A stretch of DNA of 64,000 bases from a virus: positions 62,270 to 126,269 of IMG/VR virus record IMGVR_UViG_3300020448_000002. One strand, given 5' to 3'. The first letter of the stretch is position 1. Every line of letters starts with the position of its first letter. The notes below the pieces were generated by a model. The model was not told the origin of the DNA and did no database searches. It saw only the letters and a list, made by a program, of their open reading frames with translations. A program made the position numbers and the translations under genes. Below are positions 40,040 through 47,431 of the stretch, one piece after another.

Positions 40040-40846
40040 ATGTCGGCAACTCAACCTGCAAGTAAAACTGAATTAAAAGACTATGCTCTTCGTAGATTAG
40101 GATATCCTACGATAGACATTAACGTTGCTACTGAGCAATTAGATGATCTAATAGAAGAGGCAATAGATTACTATCAAGAATATCATTATAACGGAAGTTA
40201 TAAGTCATTCATGAGAATAGAAGTTACTGATGCTATAAAAACTGCTGCACAAACTTACGATCAACAAGGTTCTACTGCGTGGTATGAAGCAAAAAATTAT
40301 GTTGATTCACCACCTGGCATGCTAGGAATAAATCATGTATATACAATGATTGGTGCATCAAGTATAGTACCTGGTAATATTTTTAATATTAAATATCAAA
40401 TATTTTTAAATGATATCTATGCAATGACGCATGGACATATATTACATTACTTCTTAACTTCACAGTATCTTGAAACTCTTGATTGGGTAACTAATTCTCA
40501 ACAGAATCGTAGAGTTAAATGGAATGAGCATCAAGGAAAAATTTATATGGATATGGATTGGAATGACTTTACTGCAGGAGACTACATACTAGTAGACTGC
40601 ACTATGAGACAAGATCCAGATACATATACAGCAATGTATAATGACAACTGGTTAAAGGATTATGTAGAAGCATTATTCCAACAACAGTGGGGTAGAAACT
40701 TGAGTAAGTATGATGGCATTCAGATGCTAGGTGGTGTCACTTTAAACGGTAGACAGATCTTAGAAGATGGATCAACCTTTAAGAAAGATCTTGAAGAAGA
40801 ACTTCGTAATCGTTATGAACTTCCACCTTTAGATTTGGTAGGTTAA
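40040..40846 (+). CDS. gp13: Neck protein gp13
   Basis: ELKDYALRRLGYPTIDINV...QLDDLIEEAI, WLKDYVEAL..QQWGRNLSKY.GIQMLGGVTLNG. Confidence 0.92.
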   Translation: MSATQPASKTELKDYALRRLGYPTIDINVATEQLDDLIEEAIDYYQEYHYNGSYKSFMRIEVTDAIKTAAQTYDQQGSTAWYEAKNYVDSPPGMLGINHVYTMIGASSIVPGNIFNIKYQIFLNDIYAMTHGHILHYFLTSQYLETLDWVTNSQQNRRVKWNEHQGKIYMDMDWNDFTAGDYILVDCTMRQDPDTYTAMYNDNWLKDYVEALFQQQWGRNLSKYDGIQMLGGVTLNGRQILEDGSTFKKDLEEELRNRYELPPLDLVG

Positions 40847-40847
40847 A

Positions 40848-41774
40848 ATGGCAATTTCTAATACTCCTGCTCAAGATTACGTTCAATCAGACTACAGTAA
40901 TAGTGGTCGTTTGAGAGCGAATGGTTCTGAACAAGAACAAAAATTTATTGAAAACTTAGTAGTAGAGAGTATTGAAATTTATGGACAAGACATCTATTAT
41001 GTTCCAAGGACTATCGTCAATCGTGACACGGTTTTCGGAGAAGATTCAGATGGTAAGTTCGAGTCTGCAAAACCAATCAGAGCATATATCAATAATGTCG
41101 AAGGATGGGAAGGACAAGGTGAGTTACTTACAAAATTTGGAATACGTATCGAAGATAAAACAACGTTTATATTCTCCCGTGAAAAGTTTAAAGAAAAAAT
41201 TGACGACTCTACAGTCCTTAATGTCGAAGGAAGACCTAACGAAGGGGATCTAATATGGTTTCCAATAACAAAACATTTATTTGAAATACAATTTGTAGAA
41301 GTAGAAAGACCTTTCTATCAGTTAGGTAGAAATTTTGTATGGGAATGTCAGTGTGAACTCTTCGAGTACAGTGACGAATCAATCGATACTGGTCTTGCAG
41401 AACTAGATGCTATCGAGACTGCATTTGCAAATGCTATTACAGTTGGTCTTGCTACTGGTGGTAGTGGTGACTTTACTGTAGGTGAGACTGTAACAGGTGG
41501 TTCTTCTAATGTTACTGCTGAAGTTAAGTCTTGGGATTCTGCTACTAGAACTCTTATTGTTATAAATCGTTCTGGAACATTCACAGTTCCCGAAACACTT
41601 ACAGGAGGCACATCTAGTGCATCTTGGACAACCGCATCTTATAACACCATAGATAATAAAAACATCGAGTACGATCAAAACAATGAGTTTGAAACTGCTG
41701 ATGATGATATTATTGACTTCTCCGAAACTAATCCATTTGGATCAGTCGGATCCACTAATGACTTGACAATCTAA
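40848..41774 (+). CDS. gp14: Neck protein gp14
   Basis: LVVESIEIYGQDIYYVPR, RPNEGDLIWFP, PFYQLG, CELFEYSDESIDTG, DFSETNPFG. Confidence 0.92.
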   Translation: MAISNTPAQDYVQSDYSNSGRLRANGSEQEQKFIENLVVESIEIYGQDIYYVPRTIVNRDTVFGEDSDGKFESAKPIRAYINNVEGWEGQGELLTKFGIRIEDKTTFIFSREKFKEKIDDSTVLNVEGRPNEGDLIWFPITKHLFEIQFVEVERPFYQLGRNFVWECQCELFEYSDESIDTGLAELDAIETAFANAITVGLATGGSGDFTVGETVTGGSSNVTAEVKSWDSATRTLIVINRSGTFTVPETLTGGTSSASWTTASYNTIDNKNIEYDQNNEFETADDDIIDFSETNPFGSVGSTNDLTI

Positions 41775-42805
41775 TGCTAGGCACTTATTCGTATCACGAA
41801 ATATTCAGAAAGACCATCGTTGGTTTTGGAACTCTATTCAACAATATTGAATTGAGAAGAAACACTGAGGTCATGAAAGTTCCTCTTGCTTATGGTCCTA
41901 AGCAAAAATTCTTAGCACGTTTAGATCAGAACCCTGATCCTACAAATAAAAGAGTTCAGATTACTTTACCTAGAATTTCTTTTGAGATTGCAGGTGTTAT
42001 GTATGATCCTGGTAGAAAAGTTTCTCCTACTCAGAAGATAAAAATTACAAAAGACGTAGATAAAAATTATAATACTTACATGCCAGTTCCATACAATTTA
42101 GATTTTGAACTAGCAATTATTTCTAAGAACCAAGATGATGGTCTACAAATTTTAGAACAGATATTACCTATATTTCAACCTCATTATAATTTACCTGTGA
42201 AGTTAATAACTCAAATGAAAGAGATAAAAGATGTGCCTGTAGTTCTACAATCTATAGACTATGAAGATGATTATGAAGCAGATTTTTCTACTCGTAGAGC
42301 AATCATTTATACTCTAAGATTCACTGCAAAGACATACCTATACGGTCCTGTTGTAGAGCAGAAAGTTATCAAGAAGACACAGGTCGATTACTATTCATCT
42401 ACAAATACAAGTGTCGCACCAAGACAAGTTCGTTACACTGCTACACCAGAAGCATGGTCAGATAAGGATGGAGTTGTAGTTACTACGCTATCAGGTAACA
42501 TTACAGCATCAACTACTAACATCCCTGTTGTAGACGCATCTACTCTTGCTAAATGGGACGATCTTTATATTGGTAGTGAAGTTATGAAAGTTACTAATAT
42601 AACAGGTAACACAGTTCATGTACAAAGAGGTCGAAATGGAACTGTAGCAGCAACTGCAGTGGGTGGTGCACAAGTATTCAAACTTGATGCTGCTGATGAT
42701 GTATTGGTCGATTCAGATGATGATTTTGGATTTAATGAAACTACTTCATTCTTCCAAGATCAGAAGAAGTATAACCCTGTGAGTGGTGCCGATGAATCCA
42801 TTTGA
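41774..42805 (+). CDS. gp15: Tail sheath stabilizer/terminator gp15
   Basis: FGTLFNNI, VPLAYGPKQKFLARL, TLPRISFE, PVPYNLDFEL, QILEQILPIFQP. Confidence 0.92.
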   Translation: MLGTYSYHEIFRKTIVGFGTLFNNIELRRNTEVMKVPLAYGPKQKFLARLDQNPDPTNKRVQITLPRISFEIAGVMYDPGRKVSPTQKIKITKDVDKNYNTYMPVPYNLDFELAIISKNQDDGLQILEQILPIFQPHYNLPVKLITQMKEIKDVPVVLQSIDYEDDYEADFSTRRAIIYTLRFTAKTYLYGPVVEQKVIKKTQVDYYSSTNTSVAPRQVRYTATPEAWSDKDGVVVTTLSGNITASTTNIPVVDASTLAKWDDLYIGSEVMKVTNITGNTVHVQRGRNGTVAATAVGGAQVFKLDAADDVLVDSDDDFGFNETTSFFQDQKKYNPVSGADESI

Positions 42806-43220
42806 CGGACTAGATAAAACTTTCGGAACTGAACCATCAGAACTGAAAAAACATGTAGAGAAAGTTAAACCTTCTCTTAAGAAGAGTGAAACACCTGATG
42901 TACAACAGGATTACGAGATATCTCGTGCTCAACTACATAACTTAGTAATGAAAGGACAGGAGGCAGTAGATGGCATACTTGATGTGGCACGAGCGTCAGA
43001 TCATCCTCGTGCTTATGAGGTGGCTGGGCAACTCATCAAATCTGTGGGAGATGTAGCAGATAAGTTAATTGACTTACAAGGTAAGATGAAAGACCTTGAT
43101 AAAGAAGAGAAAAAAGGTCCTACAAATGTAACTAATGCTATGTTTGTAGGGAGCACATCTGATCTACAGAAGATGTTGAAGCAACAAAAACAGATAAATA
43201 AAGATACAGAAACAACATAG
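42792..43220 (+). CDS. gp16: Terminase small subunit gp16
   Basis: DYEISRAQLHNLV, SDHPRAYEVAGQLIK, NAMFVGSTSDLQKML. ATG at 42792 is preferred over the GTG at 42783. Confidence 0.9.
   Translation: MNPFDGLDKTFGTEPSELKKHVEKVKPSLKKSETPDVQQDYEISRAQLHNLVMKGQEAVDGILDVARASDHPRAYEVAGQLIKSVGDVADKLIDLQGKMKDLDKEEKKGPTNVTNAMFVGSTSDLQKMLKQQKQINKDTETT
43194..43200 (+). promoter_or_regulatory. Late promoter ATAAATA in the 3' end of gp16
   Basis: cagATAAATAaag ~30 nt upstream of ATG 43230. Confidence 0.55.
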
Positions 43221-43229
43221 ACAAAGACA

Positions 43230-43766
43230 ATGACAGTCCTTAATGTATTAAGCACCAACACTATTTCAGCAGGTGCAACCGAATATCAGGTTGTAAAAAC
43301 TGGGTTTTATAGAGTTGGATCTACTGCAGGTGCAGCAACTGTAACCTTCGGTAGTGGTCCTGCAATCACACTTGTTCAGAATGAATTCATTCTTGTTAAA
43401 GGTGGTAAGCCAGGTCAAGCACAGATTATAAAAGCAGTAGACGATTCTACCGCAGATTACTTTGTTGGACAACATCTACAAGATAGTTCTGCCAACCATC
43501 CGTTTTCTGTAGGAGATTTCATTGCTGTTGTAGATAACAGTACAAGTCCTACCATAGACAGTAACTTTTTATCTGCAGGAACAGCAGGAAAGAAAATAAC
43601 TGCAGCTAACAATGTTAATATGTTAAGTACAGATATAGATTCATCTAGTGCATCTGCTGATTACACACATTCATCAGGTCCTAAAGCACTAGTTCAACGC
43701 TGTGTAAAAATTGCTGCAGCAACAAGTGCAGTAATAGTAGAAGAAGTGCAAGTTGTCGGAGGCTAG
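43230..43766 (+). CDS. Hypothetical protein, likely virion-associated (beta-rich)
   Basis: 178 aa, Ala/Ser/Thr-rich, downstream of a late promoter; phage-like codon usage. Confidence 0.7.
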   Translation: MTVLNVLSTNTISAGATEYQVVKTGFYRVGSTAGAATVTFGSGPAITLVQNEFILVKGGKPGQAQIIKAVDDSTADYFVGQHLQDSSANHPFSVGDFIAVVDNSTSPTIDSNFLSAGTAGKKITAANNVNMLSTDIDSSSASADYTHSSGPKALVQRCVKIAAATSAVIVEEVQVVGG

Positions 43767-43767
43767 C

Positions 43768-44439
43768 ATGCCAACGGTTAATCAAGAAGCAGAACGCATC
43801 GTTCGTGGAATGAAGAAGAACCAACACAGGTTCAAAAAACTTTATGGAAAACGTGACAAAGAAGTGATGTATGCCACTGCAAATAAACTAGCACAAAAGG
43901 AACAACTTAAAGTTATGTACTATTCAGACTTTATCCAATTAGTCGAAGGCAATCCTACAACAAGGATGCTTACAAAATCCAAGAAAAATGTAACTGGAAA
44001 CATTTCGGCTGACAGAGGTGGAGATGAGAAAAAGAATAGAGAAAAGCGGAAAGGTCTTGAAAAAGATTTAAAGAAAAAAGGTATCGGATATAAAAAAGGT
44101 GTAGGTGAGTACAAGTACAAATCAGATGATGGAAAGGAAGGGACTGGAAAGGAAGTTTCTTACCAAACATCTAAACCAAATAAAATGAGCAAACGTCGTT
44201 TTGGAAAAGTAATGCGTCGTTTAGGTCGTAAACATGGACAAGAATCCGTAATCACCAAAGACAAAGACAAACCCGCAAAGTTACATGACACCCAATCTAA
44301 AAAACCTAAAAAGTCAATCAGCCTAGGAAAATCAAAATCAGGGAAGAATCCCAGTGGTGCAGGAGAGACTACAGGAACTAAAGTAAGAGGGGGTAAGATG
44401 CCTAAGAAAACTACTAAGCCAGCGTATCATTACAATTAG
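43768..44439 (+). CDS. Lysine-rich basic hypothetical protein (possible internal head protein)
   Basis: ATG at 43768 preceded by GGAGG; very K/R-rich; internal FIQLVE-G motif. Confidence 0.7.
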   Translation: MPTVNQEAERIVRGMKKNQHRFKKLYGKRDKEVMYATANKLAQKEQLKVMYYSDFIQLVEGNPTTRMLTKSKKNVTGNISADRGGDEKKNREKRKGLEKDLKKKGIGYKKGVGEYKYKSDDGKEGTGKEVSYQTSKPNKMSKRRFGKVMRRLGRKHGQESVITKDKDKPAKLHDTQSKKPKKSISLGKSKSGKNPSGAGETTGTKVRGGKMPKKTTKPAYHYN

Positions 44440-44452
44440 TAAGATACCCACT

Positions 44453-44590
44453 ATGGATAGAAAAAAAGAACTTAAAGAGGTAGAAAAGGAACTTGCCTCT
44501 ATAAAAAAATTATTGAACCTTCAAAGAGATCATGATATGAAGTCAGTAAAAATACCGTCTTCAAACCCTGATGAAATTTCAAAGAAATAA
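44453..44590 (+). CDS. Small hypothetical protein, 45 aa (not in ORF track)
   Basis: MDRKKELKEVEKELASIKKLLNLQRDHDMKSVKIPSSNPDEISKK*; fills the gap between neighbouring genes. Confidence 0.5.
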   Translation: MDRKKELKEVEKELASIKKLLNLQRDHDMKSVKIPSSNPDEISKK

Positions 44591-44599
44591 ACTGTATCA

Positions 44600-44606
44600 A
44601 TAAATA
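44600..44606 (+). promoter_or_regulatory. Late promoter ATAAATA
   Basis: caATAAATActaggaatggag upstream of ATG 44629. Confidence 0.6.
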
Positions 44607-44628
44607 CTAGGAATGGAGTTGAAAGATC

Positions 44629-44790
44629 ATGTCCCATTATACGGTTGGTTATCACGATAACCAGAATCATCATTATGAAATTTGTGAGTATGCAGAAGAT
44701 GCATATAATGCTATTAAGCAAGCAAGGGAAGACCTTAATGGTTTTAATAACCCAAATGCTGCAGAGTATTGTATCAAGGAGGATGAATGA
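44629..44790 (+). CDS. Small His/Cys-containing hypothetical protein, 53 aa (not in ORF track)
   Basis: MSHYTVGYHDNQNHHYEICEYAEDAYNAIKQAREDLNGFNNPNAAEYCIKEDE*; preceded by GGAG and a late promoter. Confidence 0.65.
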   Translation: MSHYTVGYHDNQNHHYEICEYAEDAYNAIKQAREDLNGFNNPNAAEYCIKEDE

Positions 44791-44951
44791 ACGGAAGACT
44801 AGACAAGGTTGCTATGACCAATAGGTTAATGCAATTAAAGAGAGAGTTACATTATAAGTGTGAGATAGGAGAAAAGGGTAAGTGGGAATGTATAGGTGCA
44901 AACGAATATTTAAACAAGACATTTGATGTATTGGACGAATACTGGCAATAA
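44787..44951 (+). CDS. Small hypothetical protein, 54 aa (not in ORF track)
   Basis: MNGRLDKVAMTNRLMQLKRELHYKCEIGEKGKWECIGANEYLNKTFDVLDEYWQ*; AGGAGG RBS and ATGA overlap with the previous ORF. Confidence 0.65.
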   Translation: MNGRLDKVAMTNRLMQLKRELHYKCEIGEKGKWECIGANEYLNKTFDVLDEYWQ

Positions 44952-45127
44952 TGGTCACAGTAGTCTGGTCAATAAATATAATGTGTGCTATACTGTTAAT
45001 TGCAGTTGGCATTGTAATTTACTGGATCTTCAAGTACGATGAATGGTATCCGAATCCTATCACTACTACCACTACTAATGAGTCTGACCATGTGCGGGAC
45101 AGCTCCAGTAACAGCGAATCTCATTGA
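44951..45127 (+). CDS. Small membrane protein, 58 aa (not in ORF track)
   Basis: TAATG coupling; MVTVVWSINIMCAILLIAVGIVIYWIFKYDEW... contains one hydrophobic helix. Confidence 0.55.
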   Translation: MVTVVWSINIMCAILLIAVGIVIYWIFKYDEWYPNPITTTTTNESDHVRDSSSNSESH

Positions 45128-45347
45128 TGATAGAGATCAATTTTATGATGACTTATATGAAGCACTAGAAGATGCAAGACAATATCAAATACAACAGAAT
45201 CAACCCAATCCTGCAGATACTATAAATAGTGCACTAGCAGAATTCTTGGAGAATGATTATGGGAGCAATGGTGCCACCGAGCAGGAAGAGTTGTTACAAC
45301 TTCCGAGTAGTGTCGATAGACCGAGTAGTGGATGGAGATACGATTGA
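45039..45347 (+). CDS. Hypothetical protein with signal-peptide/lipoprotein-like N-terminus
   Basis: MNGIRILSLLPLLMSLTMCG has a hydrophobic leader ending in Cys. Overlaps both neighbouring ORFs. Confidence 0.45.
   Translation: MNGIRILSLLPLLMSLTMCGTAPVTANLIDDRDQFYDDLYEALEDARQYQIQQNQPNPADTINSALAEFLENDYGSNGATEQEELLQLPSSVDRPSSGWRYD
45221..45228 (+). promoter_or_regulatory. Late promoter TATAAATA for the nuclease and gp17
   Basis: Exact T4 late consensus upstream of GGAG and ATG 45253/45259. Confidence 0.7.
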
Positions 45348-45723
45348 TGTATCCATTGACTTAGGTTTTGATCTTATAAAAAAAGAAAGAGTTCGTATAG
45401 CAGGAGTCGATACTCCTGAGAAGAGAACAAGAGATCTAGAAGAAAAAGCATTAGGTATAGATGCTACAAACTGGATGAAAAAAAATTTAGAGGATACTAT
45501 TGCAGGAGACGACGAACTCACTATTAGAACAGAACTTGTTGGTGGTATGGGTAAGTACGGTAGGCTTCTTGGTTGGTTATATGTTGGCGATGACGATGTA
45601 TCACTCAACGAAAAAATGATCACCGAAGGTTATGCATGGGAATATGACGGAGGCACGAAGAAGAAAGACTTTGAAGAGTTGAGAGAAATACGTAGATCAC
45701 TTGGAACTTTACAGGCAGGTTAA
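45253..45723 (+). CDS. Thermonuclease (staphylococcal nuclease-like) family protein
   Basis: RVVDGDTIDV, RIAGVDTPE, GKYGRLLG and LNEKMITEGYA are SNase motifs. Confidence 0.85.
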   Translation: MIMGAMVPPSRKSCYNFRVVSIDRVVDGDTIDVSIDLGFDLIKKERVRIAGVDTPEKRTRDLEEKALGIDATNWMKKNLEDTIAGDDELTIRTELVGGMGKYGRLLGWLYVGDDDVSLNEKMITEGYAWEYDGGTKKKDFEELREIRRSLGTLQAG

Positions 45724-47372
45724 TGGCAGAACAAGGTGTATACCTAGGTAATCCGAATCTTAAGAAAGCAAATGTTCCTCAGAACTTTACTAAGAAACAA
45801 GTTGCTGAGTATTTAAAATGTGCTGAAGATCCGATTTACTTTATAAGAAAATATATTAAGATTGTTTCTCTTGATGAAGGTGTAGTGCCATTTGACCTAT
45901 ATGACTTTCAAGAGGACATGGTTCAAAAGTTCCATGACAACAGATTTAATATAGCAAAGTTACCACGACAGTCTGGTAAGTCAACAGTCGTTACAGCATA
46001 TCTATTATGGTTTGTTCTTTTTAATCCTAATGTAAATGTCGCAATCCTCGCAAACAAAGCACCAACTGCAAGAGAAATGTTGGGACGTTTACAGTTATCT
46101 TACGAGAATCTTCCTAAATGGATGCAACAAGGTATACTGGGGTGGAACAAGGGATCCTTGGAGTTGGAGAACGGGAGTAAGATTCTGGCTTCAAGTACTA
46201 GTGCTTCTGCTGTTCGCGGTATGTCCTTTAACATTATATTTTTGGACGAATTCGCGTTCGTTCCGAATCATATTGCTGAACAGTTTTTTGCTAGTGTGTA
46301 TCCTACAATTTCATCTGGTAAGTCAACTAAAGTTATTATTATCTCCACTCCTCACGGGATGAATCTTTACTATAAGATTTGGCATGATGCACAAAGAGGA
46401 GTAAATAATTATATAACTACTGAGGTGCACTGGTCTCAAGTACCTGGCAGAGATGCCAAGTGGAAACAACAGACTATAGAAAATACTTCTGAAGCACAGT
46501 TCAGAGTTGAATTTGATTGTGAATTTTTAGGTTCAGTTGATACTCTTATATCTCCTAGTAAGTTAGGAGTAATGCCATATTCAGATCCAATAACACAGAA
46601 TAGGGGGTTAGCAGTCTATGAAGATCGCAAGGAAGGAAATAATTATATACTTACTGTTGATGTCTCTCGTGGTATCGGAGGAGACTATTCAGCATTTTGC
46701 GTGATGGATACAACAACCGTTCCGTATAAAATGGTTGCAAGGTATAAGAACAATGAAATTAAACCTATTATCTTTCCAGATATAATTGTCAATGTGGCAA
46801 AGAATTATAACAATGCATATATTTTATGTGAAGTAAATGACATAGGTGGACAAGTAGCAGACATCATTCAATATGATTTGGAATATGAAAATCTATTAAT
46901 GGCTGCTATGCGTGGTAGAGCAGGTCAACAACTAGGACAAGGTTTCTCTGGTAAGAAAACACAACTAGGTGTAAAGATGAGTACTGCAGTTAAACAAGTT
47001 GGTTGCTCTAATCTTAAAGCATTAATAGAAGATGATAAATTATTAATTCCAGATTATGATACTATTTCAGAACTAACTACGTTTATTCAAAAAGGTAATT
47101 CATTTCAAGCGGAAGATGGATGTCATGATGACCTTGCCATGTGTCTTGTTATTTTTGCATGGATGGCAATGCAAGATTACTTTAAGGAAATGAATGATAA
47201 CGATGTGAGGGCAAGAATATATGCGGATCAAAGAGAATCAATAGAACAAGATATGGCACCATTTGGGTTTGTATCTGATGGTTTAGAAGATGATGTTATT
47301 GTGGATGCTCAAGGAGAAAGATGGGAACTCGCGGAATATGGCGACGTTCAGCACATGCTTGACTTTAGGTGA
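45723..47372 (+). CDS. gp17: Terminase large subunit gp17
   Basis: YLGNPNLKKAN, Walker A PRQSGKST, Walker B IFLDEFAF, ISTPHG; nuclease motifs TVDVSRG and HDDLAM. Confidence 0.96.
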   Translation: MAEQGVYLGNPNLKKANVPQNFTKKQVAEYLKCAEDPIYFIRKYIKIVSLDEGVVPFDLYDFQEDMVQKFHDNRFNIAKLPRQSGKSTVVTAYLLWFVLFNPNVNVAILANKAPTAREMLGRLQLSYENLPKWMQQGILGWNKGSLELENGSKILASSTSASAVRGMSFNIIFLDEFAFVPNHIAEQFFASVYPTISSGKSTKVIIISTPHGMNLYYKIWHDAQRGVNNYITTEVHWSQVPGRDAKWKQQTIENTSEAQFRVEFDCEFLGSVDTLISPSKLGVMPYSDPITQNRGLAVYEDRKEGNNYILTVDVSRGIGGDYSAFCVMDTTTVPYKMVARYKNNEIKPIIFPDIIVNVAKNYNNAYILCEVNDIGGQVADIIQYDLEYENLLMAAMRGRAGQQLGQGFSGKKTQLGVKMSTAVKQVGCSNLKALIEDDKLLIPDYDTISELTTFIQKGNSFQAEDGCHDDLAMCLVIFAWMAMQDYFKEMNDNDVRARIYADQRESIEQDMAPFGFVSDGLEDDVIVDAQGERWELAEYGDVQHMLDFR

Positions 47373-47383
47373 CGTTTCAAAAA

Positions 47384-47391
47384 TATAAATA
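47384..47391 (+). promoter_or_regulatory. Late promoter TATAAATA for gp18
   Basis: Exact consensus in the gp17-gp18 intergenic region; AGGAG RBS before ATG 47432. Confidence 0.8.
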
Positions 47392-47431
47392 ATCTTAGAC
47401 AACCGCTAAGGCATTCTAGGAGTATATAAAC

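Noticed and set aside
45253-45723. Thermonuclease as part of a defence or toxin system
   Set aside because: No partner immunity or defence gene is evident. Its late promoter and coupling to gp17 fit an ordinary packaging-region accessory nuclease.
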